A stretch of 64,000 bases of DNA from sequence record LC819006.1; one strand, written 5' to 3'. The notes beneath the pieces are model-generated. The model was not told the DNA's origin and ran no database searches. It saw only the letters and a list, made by a program, of their open reading frames with translations. Made by a program: the position numbers and the translations under genes. Numbering within the stretch: position 1 is the stretch's first letter; each line of letters starts with the position of its first letter. This document shows positions 54,819-64,000 of this stretch, in pieces.

Positions 54819-54984
54819 TTTCAAATACTCCAGGGTACTACTTCAGTTAATCGAAGGTGGTGCTAAAAATTAACGCATTTCGAAAATTGCGAACATAGGT
54901 CCTTGCCCTCCAGACGACTCAAAGTCCGTCTGGAGTACGCATTTTTTGAAATGTGTTTTCTCTCTGTCCAGAGTATAAAAGACC

Positions 54985-55030
54985 AAAAAAAATAAAATTA
55001 TCAGAGTGGGGAAACCCACTCTGATACTAT
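54985..55030 (-). terminator. Rho-independent terminator
   Basis: ATCAGAGTGGG-GAAA-CCCACTCTGAT preceded by an A-run (U-tract on minus), after the 55042 stop. Confidence 0.75.
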
Positions 55031-55041
55031 ATTTCCGGTCC

Positions 55042-55629
55042 TTACAGATGCCTGAAATAGTCGTAATTCTTCGACGTGAGAGGCGTCACAATGGAAATGA
55101 CGATCTTGAGTCGACAACCTTCGCCATGTTGCTTTTTGTTGTAGCTGGCTACAGCTTCTGCGGTAGTCAGTTCGTCACCAGATGTCGTGAGTAGTTTTAT
55201 TTTGATGTGATTGCGCAGCTTGCTCTTTTTGATGTTGATGAACGTACCATGCATGTAGTAGAACTTCTGCGTGATGACGTCGATCGCTGCGTAGAGCTTC
55301 AGGTCATCGGGAGGAGTCAGCAGCCAGATTTGAGCTTGATACAGTACTGCGAAATGCTGTATTGCATGAGCGATCATCCATTTGCGCTGGTATTTGAGAC
55401 CTTGACACATCTGGACATAGATCTGTTCTACGATATCTTCGATCTCCTCATCATAAATCACCTTGTCGCGCGGTGAAATATGTTCGTTAACCAACACAGC
55501 TGCATCGAACTGTGACTTGATGGCACGGCGTGCAATCCAATACCTGAAGGTAAGTGAGGTGACCCGTATTGCGATCAGCGTCGTGTACAAACCAACGCAA
55601 AACAGAAAGAATTGTCCAATAGTTTCCAT
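55042..55629 (-). CDS. hypothetical membrane-anchored protein
   Basis: N-terminal TM-like segment; AT-richer codons. Confidence 0.55.
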   Translation of the reverse strand: METIGQFFLFCVGLYTTLIAIRVTSLTFRYWIARRAIKSQFDAAVLVNEHISPRDKVIYDEEIEDIVEQIYVQMCQGLKYQRKWMIAHAIQHFAVLYQAQIWLLTPPDDLKLYAAIDVITQKFYYMHGTFINIKKSKLRNHIKIKLLTTSGDELTTAEAVASYNKKQHGEGCRLKIVISIVTPLTSKNYDYFRHL

Positions 55630-55664
55630 TGTTCTTAGCCTTCATTGCAAAAAAAGATGACATA

Positions 55665-55691
55665 ACTACCATGGGGTCTCCCCCATGGTAG
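55665..55691 (-). terminator. stem-loop terminator
   Basis: ACTACCATGGG/CCCATGGTAGT stem with an upstream A-run, after the 55703 stop. Confidence 0.65.
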
Positions 55692-55702
55692 TCAGTCGAT
55701 CG

Positions 55703-57793
55703 TTACTGGATCATGCGCAGCAGGATCGCCTTGTCGTTCATGTACGAACGGCTAGCTTCGATCACGCGCATGTCAGCGGTCTGGATGTAGAAGCGACCAT
55801 ACGCGTCGCCGTCCTTCGTGAGCAGATCTTGAGCCAGATCATGGAAGAACGGATTCGTTTCGGCCAGAATCTGCGATGCGACTTCAGGCACCATGTCGAT
55901 GTCGAGGTTGTAGCCGACTTCGTTCAGGTAAATGAACTTGGTCGGCATCGACACGACGAACGGCTTCACGCCGCCGTTACCTTCAGGCAGCTGGGTCAGC
56001 ACATAGATTTCCGCTTCCTGGTCGTAATGGAACAGGTTGCGGATTTCGCGCTCTTGATGCGTTTGAATTGCATCGCGATAGCCATCGCCGAACTTCTCGG
56101 TGATGTATGCGAACAGTTCCAGCCAGTCGCTCGTGAACGACGTGATCTTCAGCGAGTTGATTGACAGATGTTGACGCAGGATGCGATTCACCGCCTTCGT
56201 CAGATACCGGTCGAGTTGCAGCCAGAGTTCCGGCGTGAGCTTCTTCGACAGGTTCTTCATCTTTTCGGCCAACTTCGTGAACGACGACACTTGACGCAGT
56301 TCTTCGATCAGGCCCGACTCGTCTTCATTTGCGATAAACGAATCGATGATCAATGCACGGCCGACGGCGATTTCCACCGGATGGTAGGTATCGCCATTGG
56401 GTTGCTTGCGTTCTTGCGTGAAACGACGATAGTTCAGACGCACGAGCACGTCCTTCAAGCCATACGACATGAAGGTGTGATCCGTGAAGTCCAGCCGGTT
56501 GTGATACGTGACCGTTTCTTCCGAACCTTCCACATTGAACTCTTCCGTCGGATTGAGGAGAGCTTCATGCATCTTGTTCAGTCGAGCGTTCACGCCCTGG
56601 CTGCTGTCGTCGAAACGTGCGAAGTCTTTCGGCGAGGTGCCAAAGGACATCGACGCGTGTGCGTAGTAGTCCACGATCTGATCCTTGTCGATGGTGCGCG
56701 GGATCACCACACCATGATTGATGTCCATTTCGTACATCAATTCCTGATTGTGGTTGAACACCAGCGGATGCGGATACTTCTGGCTCGGCACCCACGCATC
56801 CAGATTCTCATACGCCGAGAGCAGCGGGCCACTGTTTCGAGCGCCTGCTACTTCTTCGCCGCGACCCAATTCGTTGGTCTGCATGTTCTTCCCTTCTTGT
56901 TGTGCTTCACGAGCCAATGCGTCCTCGATGTCGCTTTCATCTTGCATGCGACCCGGCAGACGCTGAACGCGGCTACCGCCCGACGACTCACGACGCAGCG
57001 GCGCTGCATCCTGATAACGATCGTCTTCACGACGGCTAACGCGCCGATCATCACGGTCGTCATCCCGACGATCGTCACGGCGCGTGGACGTGCTGGAATC
57101 GTCTTCGAAGCGATCGTCCTGGTCCGTATTACCAAACCGGTTTTCACGCGTTTCGAGACGACGGCGCGGAGAACCGCTTACGCCACCACGAACTGCACCG
57201 CGATCCCAACGATCACGACGATTGCTACGGCTGCGGCCGCCGCGATCATCACGACGATCGTCACGATCATAATCGCGGTCCCGTCCGCGACCACGATCAC
57301 GACCACCCGGAATGCGATTGCCGTTGCGACGATACGCTTCGATCGCGTCCAGATACTTCTTGAACGTAGCGATGCCACGATCGATGTCGCGCTCGCTGCG
57401 ACGTTCGACATATTCCATCAGTTCCGGATATTCGTCGCACGTGTAAGCGATATGCAACATGATGACGTCTTCGACACATGCCGGCACCGCTTCACGCGTA
57501 TCGCGGAACTTGCCTTCTTGCATCGCAATGTCGATCACATCGCCGATCGTGCCCACGAGGTCTTCGAAGTCACGATTGCGATAGTCGTTGTCCGACATCA
57601 TGTTGAAGTAATGAATGCGCAACTCGTTGTCACGAGCACGCTCCTGAATTACGTCGATGGCGTTATAGATGATGTCATCCATAATTTCATCGATGTCGCG
57701 CACCGGATGGCTGAGTCGGACGGGGACATCACCACGACGAAGGTTGATTTCCTGACCTTCGATACGCGTCGGAGAGAATTTGAGTCTAGCCAT
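55703..57793 (-). CDS. hypothetical protein with an R/D/G-rich disordered region
   Basis: 696 aa; central RDRGRGRDRDYDRDDRRDDRGG low-complexity tract. Confidence 0.75.
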   Translation of the reverse strand: MARLKFSPTRIEGQEINLRRGDVPVRLSHPVRDIDEIMDDIIYNAIDVIQERARDNELRIHYFNMMSDNDYRNRDFEDLVGTIGDVIDIAMQEGKFRDTREAVPACVEDVIMLHIAYTCDEYPELMEYVERRSERDIDRGIATFKKYLDAIEAYRRNGNRIPGGRDRGRGRDRDYDRDDRRDDRGGRSRSNRRDRWDRGAVRGGVSGSPRRRLETRENRFGNTDQDDRFEDDSSTSTRRDDRRDDDRDDRRVSRREDDRYQDAAPLRRESSGGSRVQRLPGRMQDESDIEDALAREAQQEGKNMQTNELGRGEEVAGARNSGPLLSAYENLDAWVPSQKYPHPLVFNHNQELMYEMDINHGVVIPRTIDKDQIVDYYAHASMSFGTSPKDFARFDDSSQGVNARLNKMHEALLNPTEEFNVEGSEETVTYHNRLDFTDHTFMSYGLKDVLVRLNYRRFTQERKQPNGDTYHPVEIAVGRALIIDSFIANEDESGLIEELRQVSSFTKLAEKMKNLSKKLTPELWLQLDRYLTKAVNRILRQHLSINSLKITSFTSDWLELFAYITEKFGDGYRDAIQTHQEREIRNLFHYDQEAEIYVLTQLPEGNGGVKPFVVSMPTKFIYLNEVGYNLDIDMVPEVASQILAETNPFFHDLAQDLLTKDGDAYGRFYIQTADMRVIEASRSYMNDKAILLRMIQ

Positions 57794-57800
57794 TTTCTAA

Positions 57801-59480
57801 TTACCGCCCTTTGATTTTGTCTTGAGTACGTTTTCGGATTGCAGCAAACACGGGGTTCGGATTTTCCACGGTAATGAAACCCGGAGAGAGCGTCGCCCAC
57901 ATGCCGATACGAGTCCGGCCGGTTGGTGTCTTCTTCTGAATGTTCAGATAGCCACCAATTTCCGCGATAGATTCATCCAGGATCTTGGAGGACCCTTGCG
58001 AGGAACTATCTCTTCTTGCGCCTTTCTTACTACTGCTAGTCTGCGGAACCAGCAGCGAAGTCAGCTTCGTGGCCATGTTATCGCCGGGAATTGCAATCGA
58101 CGATACGCCAGGCCGCCCGTTAGTGATCTTGAAAATCGGTCCGGGCTTCAACTTCTTTTTGAAAATCTCCTCGATGGTCTTCTGAGTCAGAGGACGCTTC
58201 GGATCGGTCAAGGAGCGACGATAAGCCGTATGGATTGCAAAGTTCGTTTCGACGATCGCATGCGTGATGTCGTACAGAACGTAATTCAGAACACTGAGTT
58301 CCTTGCCAAACATACTGCTGATCTTGTTCGAGTCCTGCAAGATCCATGCATTGCAATTTTTCATCACATGCATGAAGAAGTCGTAGGTGCTCGATACTTC
58401 GATCCCAATGGACTTGAGCTTTTGCTGCGTGATCAGGTCCATGTACTGGTCAATCGACTTGAAGTGGTCGCGCACCTTGTCATGGAGCAGACCTTCATTC
58501 ATGTCACCAGTCCAGAGAATGTGGCCCATCAGAACACGCCACAACCAGAGGTTGTCGATGTCCTTCAGGATCATTCGCTTGGGGAAATGGTCGATCAGGT
58601 AGAACAGAGCACCGACCAGGTTCTCTGCATCCATCGTGAATTGATTGCGACGAATCGCCACGCGAATCTTGCTGCGAACGAAATCCATACGAGGATTACC
58701 GTCGGGTTGCTTACCGCGTGTTTCACAGATGACCCAATCTTCCGTCGGGAAGCGTTCAGGATCGATATCGTCCGCTGTGCCAAAGAACGGCTCGATACCG
58801 AGATAATTCCTGAACGTATCCGTCACGCCGTACTTACAAAACAGATAGTGCGCAAGGCACGTTTCCATCTTGATAGTCGGCTGGAGTTTTAGCATGTCCT
58901 TGGTCTTGTTATAGATATTGGACCACACGACCTGGACACTTCTTGTTCTGCCATCGACCAGATATGCATAGTCGAGGCGCCGGAAGATCAACTTGATACA
59001 CAGCAGCTGTGCAAACACGTTGTCGTCATCCGGCGAGATCACGATGTCTTGCAAGACAGGACTGATTGCGAATCGCGAACCAGCAATCGTGATCAAACCG
59101 CCCTTCGTCACAAAGGGCAGATACAGGAAACGCGGCGGAAGATCGACTCCCTGGAATCGGAAGAAGAACTTCACGAGAAAGACATCAGAGCGCGCCACAT
59201 CAAACGCGGTCTTCGGTGCTTTCTTCAACTTGGTCTCGACACGCTTGGAGGTTTTTGTCGGCGAACGTTTCTTTGCGCCTTCCCGATATTCATCAGGCGG
59301 CAGACAACGTTCATACCCGGCATACACCAGACCTTCCGGAAACTCCCGGCTGATCGATTGCCAAACCTGGTCGATGAACTTCAACGCACGCGGGATGTGC
59401 GTGGTTGCAATCCCGCTAGCGATCGCATGATTGAATTTTGGAATGATGCGATCTCGGAGTTCAACGAATGTTGGGTCCAT
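57801..59480 (-). CDS. non-virion RNA polymerase beta-like subunit (phiKZ gp123-like)
   Basis: YLPFVTKGGLITIAGSRFAISPVLQD resembles the beta N-terminal region; position just downstream of the capsid gene as in phiKZ. Confidence 0.7.
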   Translation of the reverse strand: MDPTFVELRDRIIPKFNHAIASGIATTHIPRALKFIDQVWQSISREFPEGLVYAGYERCLPPDEYREGAKKRSPTKTSKRVETKLKKAPKTAFDVARSDVFLVKFFFRFQGVDLPPRFLYLPFVTKGGLITIAGSRFAISPVLQDIVISPDDDNVFAQLLCIKLIFRRLDYAYLVDGRTRSVQVVWSNIYNKTKDMLKLQPTIKMETCLAHYLFCKYGVTDTFRNYLGIEPFFGTADDIDPERFPTEDWVICETRGKQPDGNPRMDFVRSKIRVAIRRNQFTMDAENLVGALFYLIDHFPKRMILKDIDNLWLWRVLMGHILWTGDMNEGLLHDKVRDHFKSIDQYMDLITQQKLKSIGIEVSSTYDFFMHVMKNCNAWILQDSNKISSMFGKELSVLNYVLYDITHAIVETNFAIHTAYRRSLTDPKRPLTQKTIEEIFKKKLKPGPIFKITNGRPGVSSIAIPGDNMATKLTSLLVPQTSSSKKGARRDSSSQGSSKILDESIAEIGGYLNIQKKTPTGRTRIGMWATLSPGFITVENPNPVFAAIRKRTQDKIKGR

Positions 59481-59498
59481 GCATTCTCCGAAAGTTAT

Positions 59499-60647
59499 TC
59501 AATTTGAAAACAGACTCTTTAACGCAACAATGGCTGCCCCCGCACCCATTACGACAGTGGGAATGAACTTCCACATCTCGGACGAATCCTTTCGTTCAAT
59601 ACTTCTTTCCTCGTAATAATCCTTCGTTCTTAGTTGGTCGAGCTTCGTCACATGGTCCTCTCGGGCATAGCGACGATTCAACTCATTTTCAAAGTGTCTG
59701 GTTCTCCGTTCTTCTTCCTCCAGTTGTGCTTGGAGTTTCTGATTACGGTGTTCCAGTTCCAATTTTTCCTTGTCTTGCTCAGCTTTCAGATTGCTGGTTT
59801 CAGCAGCCGTCTTCTTGCCTTGCAGATCCAGGTGCTTTAATTCCAAACCGAGCTCAACTTCATGCTCAGGAGCGGTACGGGCCTCGGCGTAAGACCTATA
59901 CAACCACTTTGCTTCGGGCATTTGCTCGGGCGGGATATACTCGACAACATCTTCCACAGGACCTTGTGCAGACGTCATCATCCCCCGATACTTCAGATAT
60001 ACGCCATCTCTCTTAAGCGCATTCTTGACAGCATCGATCCGCATGACCTTCCCAAGTAGCCGCATATACCTGGGTCCAATCCTTTCTTGATTATCGATTA
60101 TCTCGACAGACAGACCATTTTCGCCCAGGGTCCTCGTTCCCTTAGGTGCTCTGGTCATCGCCTCGTAACTGAACGGATGCAACGGTATATCATTGTGTCT
60201 GGTCGATAGAATAATATCTTGCTCGACCAGATAAATGCATCCACCGTTGTCGTTTATCGTTCTCGGCGTTACTTCATAGTCATACCGCATAGCAACGCTA
60301 TGCGTCTGATCACGATAAGCCTTGAGAAACAGATCCTCGAAATTCTTCAGATCGTCACTCTTCGGTCCTTCATGACTTATTAGTCTGTCTCGCACAGAGT
60401 GTTTGATGTTGTCGGAGAAATACAACTCCTGACGAACGATGAACGCTTGACTAATGCGAGACTGTCGACTAGGCACGTCGACAACCACTCCACTTCTGAA
60501 CCCCAACGAAATCGGTCGCCCGGAATAATTGAGGAACTTGGTATAGAGGGTTACATCGCAGCTTTCGTTAACCGAATGCTGATGGGACGTTGATTCTTTA
60601 AGTGGAACCGACCAATACGCCGGTTCCATTCCCCGGTCAGAATCCAT
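59499..60647 (-). CDS. hypothetical protein with a C-terminal coiled coil and hydrophobic tail
   Basis: 382-aa ORF between the capsid and RNAP subunit genes. Confidence 0.65.
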   Translation of the reverse strand: MDSDRGMEPAYWSVPLKESTSHQHSVNESCDVTLYTKFLNYSGRPISLGFRSGVVVDVPSRQSRISQAFIVRQELYFSDNIKHSVRDRLISHEGPKSDDLKNFEDLFLKAYRDQTHSVAMRYDYEVTPRTINDNGGCIYLVEQDIILSTRHNDIPLHPFSYEAMTRAPKGTRTLGENGLSVEIIDNQERIGPRYMRLLGKVMRIDAVKNALKRDGVYLKYRGMMTSAQGPVEDVVEYIPPEQMPEAKWLYRSYAEARTAPEHEVELGLELKHLDLQGKKTAAETSNLKAEQDKEKLELEHRNQKLQAQLEEEERRTRHFENELNRRYAREDHVTKLDQLRTKDYYEERSIERKDSSEMWKFIPTVVMGAGAAIVALKSLFSN

Positions 60648-60775
60648 CTTTTTAACGGTCCTACGTGAATTGGCACATCATCTTAAAATCGTATAAGCAA
60701 TTATCTAAAGACGTTGCTTATTCTTCTCAACTTCGATTTAATGATATATTTCTGATTTTTAATAGACAGCATAAG

Positions 60776-60811
60776 CTCCTACTCTCCTAGCTTGCGCTAG
60801 GAGAGTAGGAG
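60776..60811. terminator. stem-loop terminator downstream of the capsid gene
   Basis: CTCCTACTCTCCTAGC-TTGC-GCTAGGAGAGTAGGAG. Confidence 0.75.
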
Positions 60812-60898
60812 ATGTGCTTCTAGTTGGCTACGACAGATCAGTTAATGAACCTGTAGGTACCAGGTTCACTAACACGATCGTAACGCACCGTGATCCCG

Positions 60899-63136
60899 TT
60901 AGGGAGTGGTGGTGTCGTTGTCGAGAAAGGCCGTTGCGTTGGTGACCTCGACACCGAGGACAGCCTGCTGCGACAGCGCTTCTTGCAGGTTCGTCACGGT
61001 CAGCACGCCGAGGATCGGGCACAGGGGGATGTGACGGAACGACGGGTGAACGATCAGTTCACGCGAGTGGCTGGTACGCGACAGGTTCAGCGCCGCCACG
61101 ACTTCCGGCTTGTTCAACATCATGCCGTGGTCGAGCGGGTGCGGAACGCCCGGGTTGTTGCTCGGGTAGCCCAGCGCGATGAAGATCTTGCCACGCACGC
61201 GGCTGTCCGGCGTCCATGCCTTCTCGTACGAGAAGTCGGGACCCATCGTACGCGTATCGCCTTCGACCATGAGGTACTGCGTGAGCACCATGTCCGTACC
61301 GAGCTTGACGACCGGCAGCTGAGCTTCCGTGCCTTCGAGCAGGTTGGCCGCGGCTTGCCAGTTCGACAGCTGCCACAGCTTGTAGGCCATGATCTTGCAG
61401 GTGTCGGTCAGGATTGCCGTGATGTCCGAGTAACGCTCGTGCTGAGCGGTCGTCGTGACGGCCTTCAGCAGGTCGATCGAGACTTCTTGCAGGACCGGCT
61501 CGATCAGGTACGACGAGATGCCCATGATTTCCGGCTGACGGCCGATGACATCCGAGCGCTTCGCGTACTGACGCAGCGTGTCGACTTCCGACAGCAGTTG
61601 CGTCACAGCCAGGTTCGACTGACGGACCTTGCACAGGTACGACAGAGCGGCTGCGTGCAGTGCGTCTTGCGCATCGCCGTTCGTGATCGGACGTTGCACC
61701 GACAGCGGGCTGCCGAGCGAAACGCCGTAGATCTGGCGATACGTGTTGAAGTCAGCCAGCTGGCCGAGTTCACGCAAGTTGCTGTTCACGCGGCGAACGT
61801 CGATGTCCACGCCGATGATCTTGCCGCCTTCGAGCAGCGTGACCATTGCAGCCTGGCCAGCGTCGGTCACGTCGAGCGACACGCCGTTGATGTTCTTGAT
61901 CGTGTTGACGACGATCGAACCCGTGATGATTTCGTAGGACGAATCTTGCAGGTTGATGTCACCACGGACCGAGAACGACAGCCATGCGGTGTTCGCCGAT
62001 GCGCCTTGGAACGCGCCCAGCAACGTCGATGCTGCGTTGTTGAACAGCGTCGTGTTCGGGCCGATCATTGCCGAGTCCGTCGTGAACTGGAGGTCCATAC
62101 GACGGGTTTGGCCTTGCAGGGCTTCCGTGAACTGGTTCAGCGGGCTGTTCGACGTGTCGAAACGGACCACTTCCTTCTTGCTGCCGTCGGCGTTCGAGAA
62201 CACGACGTACACGCCCTTCAGGACGGCACCCGGGTCCAGCGCATCGGTCTGGTCCAGCACGCCCTTCGCGAGTTGCGTGTCGGTCAGAGCCAGGCGGAAC
62301 AGCGACGTGCGGTAGTTCGTCTTCAGCGGAGCCGTCTGGATCGCTTCGCCTTCGTCGGTCGTTGCCGCGTACGGTGCGACCAGCGCCGGATCGACGAACG
62401 CATCTGCCGTCTGAGCGCGCACGACCGGGATGATCTTCAGCGTGTCGTTCTTCAGGATCGTCGCGTCGATTTCAGCGTTGACGATGTTGCGACGGTTGTA
62501 GTCGGTCAGACGCTTTTCGAGTTCGTAGCGAACTTGATCGTACACGGAAATCAGCGGGATTTCCATTTCGATCGCGTACTGGTCCGGCGACAGGTTCACC
62601 GTCTTGTAGAACATTTCGCCGAAGCGGTTCTGCGTTGCGGTCGCGAGCGCGAAAGCTGCCGTGAAGTTCAGCGTTTCGTCGTTCGGCTTCGTGTCATACG
62701 CTTCCATCGAGCGCTGACCGAGCTTGGCCGGATCCAGGCCGCTGTTGTCGGGAATGAACACTTCGAAAGCGTTCGAACCCTTCATGCCCTTCATCGCCAC
62801 GCGGCGCGCGAGCGAATCCTTCGGGGCCATGGCCGACGCCAGAGCGAACGACACAGCTTCTTGTTGCTGCGGGGTAACCTTCACGCCGAGCTTGGCGCCG
62901 TCCATCTTGAAGAACGATTCGACGCTGGCTTGCACGTCGCCGAGCATCTTGAACGCGGCTTGTTCGATGTCAGCCGAGAACGACTCGTTCGAGACGAGTG
63001 CTTTGCCGATTGCGGGGTCGTTGCGGAGCGAGCCTTCACGGCTCAGGTGTTCGACCATCTTGAACGCAGCACCAGCAACATTGACATGTTCCTGGTCCGC
63101 GCGCTTGGCGAACTTCGAAGTGGTCACGAAAGACAT
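60899..63136 (-). CDS. major capsid protein (phiKZ gp120-like)
   Basis: 745 aa, very strong codon bias, QNRFGEMFYKTVNLSPD motif, S-x-E maturation-type sites (SNE, SME) in the propeptide region, RBS GAGG. Confidence 0.85.
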   Translation of the reverse strand: MSFVTTSKFAKRADQEHVNVAGAAFKMVEHLSREGSLRNDPAIGKALVSNESFSADIEQAAFKMLGDVQASVESFFKMDGAKLGVKVTPQQQEAVSFALASAMAPKDSLARRVAMKGMKGSNAFEVFIPDNSGLDPAKLGQRSMEAYDTKPNDETLNFTAAFALATATQNRFGEMFYKTVNLSPDQYAIEMEIPLISVYDQVRYELEKRLTDYNRRNIVNAEIDATILKNDTLKIIPVVRAQTADAFVDPALVAPYAATTDEGEAIQTAPLKTNYRTSLFRLALTDTQLAKGVLDQTDALDPGAVLKGVYVVFSNADGSKKEVVRFDTSNSPLNQFTEALQGQTRRMDLQFTTDSAMIGPNTTLFNNAASTLLGAFQGASANTAWLSFSVRGDINLQDSSYEIITGSIVVNTIKNINGVSLDVTDAGQAAMVTLLEGGKIIGVDIDVRRVNSNLRELGQLADFNTYRQIYGVSLGSPLSVQRPITNGDAQDALHAAALSYLCKVRQSNLAVTQLLSEVDTLRQYAKRSDVIGRQPEIMGISSYLIEPVLQEVSIDLLKAVTTTAQHERYSDITAILTDTCKIMAYKLWQLSNWQAAANLLEGTEAQLPVVKLGTDMVLTQYLMVEGDTRTMGPDFSYEKAWTPDSRVRGKIFIALGYPSNNPGVPHPLDHGMMLNKPEVVAALNLSRTSHSRELIVHPSFRHIPLCPILGVLTVTNLQEALSQQAVLGVEVTNATAFLDNDTTTP

Positions 63137-63245
63137 GTTGTATTACCTCTTATTCCTAGGAAAAAGGTTTTCTGGGAAAACGAAAACTACGATTCTGTAC
63201 AAAACCGGTTTTGGCAGTGATTACCACCAAACTATTGAGACTGTT

Positions 63246-63887
63246 TTATTTCAAGAGATCCAGTTCGGTGAGATACCATTCGAACCAGTTCGTCTTATGT
63301 ACCACGTTCAGGTCGTAGTACTGCTGCAGCTTTTCGACCACGGACCGCAGGATCGACAGGCGCAGCTCTTCTTTGCGGTTGAAAATCACCGGCGACAGAA
63401 TTCCCTGATTGAGGGCCACAACAATCAGTTTGCTCGATGCCGAATAAACGCTATAAGATTGATGAAGATCAACCTTGTTAGCCGCCTCTTGCTTGAGGTG
63501 ATCCAGAACATACTGGTTCACCAGCTTGAGGCTGTATTCTTTTTTGTCTGCGAGTTCCGAGATCTGGTTCCTCGCATATTTATCTGCTTCAGTTCCGTTG
63601 ACGGACTGCCCGGCTTCTTCCGGGAAGAACCACAGGTAACCGAGACTCTTCGTGTACTTCTGGCGACGGTCCGACACATGCGGGATCGTACCATTAGTCC
63701 AGAAAATGGAAAGGCCGTCACCGGAGAATGCGTCCAGTGCCACCAGCTGCTCCTGAGTGAACCATTGGCGCATCAGGGAGAAGTTGAGGACATCCTCGAT
63801 CTTGCCTTTCTTGGCAAGCTGCCGGTAAGCCCAGTCCGGAATCACCACGACCTGGTCACCAGGATTCACGTTCATGAACAAACTCAT
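63246..63887 (-). CDS. hypothetical protein
   Basis: 213-aa ORF upstream of the capsid gene. Confidence 0.6.
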   Translation of the reverse strand: MSLFMNVNPGDQVVVIPDWAYRQLAKKGKIEDVLNFSLMRQWFTQEQLVALDAFSGDGLSIFWTNGTIPHVSDRRQKYTKSLGYLWFFPEEAGQSVNGTEADKYARNQISELADKKEYSLKLVNQYVLDHLKQEAANKVDLHQSYSVYSASSKLIVVALNQGILSPVIFNRKEELRLSILRSVVEKLQQYYDLNVVHKTNWFEWYLTELDLLK

Positions 63888-64000
63888 GCTCTTCGCCTTT
63901 ATCCGGTATGAAAATAAAATAAAAAACTTGCCCGTTCTTATTTGAACGCTGCAACAGAAATCCTACCAATCCAGCAGGTCTAGACAATGACCCCAAGACT

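Noticed and set aside
54825-55041. Intergenic gap considered for a tRNA or small RNA
   Set aside because: No cloverleaf or T-loop consensus. It is explained by a terminator plus AT-rich promoter-like DNA; a short inverted repeat near 54911-54934 is not enough to call an ncRNA.
60890-63220. 776-aa plus-strand ORF antisense to the major capsid gene
   Set aside because: Shadow ORF of a highly biased gene; the same applies to 33713..35983, 31539..33338, 46758..48890, 56168..57814, 45513..46706 and 7159..8520.

Overview
This window is a segment of a phiKZ-like (Chimalliviridae-type) jumbo phage genome. It has no tRNA, rRNA or CRISPR. Recognisable core genes are an SbcC/Rad50 ATPase, a probable baseplate spike, tail-fibre-like proteins, a PG-binding/muramidase endolysin, a two-component spanin, RuvC, a probable portal, NAD-dependent DNA ligase, class Ia ribonucleotide reductase (nrdB, intein-containing nrdA, glutaredoxin), a non-virion RNA polymerase beta-like subunit and the major capsid protein. 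The most striking element is a co-oriented, tightly coupled 16-gene cluster (11179-23759) set among tail genes. It encodes five radical SAM proteins (most with SPASM-like Cys-rich C-termini), a JmjC-like cupin, four 2OG/Fe(II)-type oxygenases, two DHFR-fold proteins and three unknown proteins. It also encodes a 186-aa protein ending in CHSSCHTSCHGSRGRR, a candidate substrate for a phage-encoded RiPP-like post-translational modification system. Other notable patterns are six dispersed lectin/Gly-rich genes sharing a short N-terminal tag (M-L-x-x-M/I-L-L-x-K-K), a Gln-terminated mini-intein at the RNR catalytic Cys, a duplicated nucleotidyltransferase-like gene with a duplicated terminator, and a sequence-related family of intergenic hairpins. 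All product calls come from reading motifs by eye; no database search was run.
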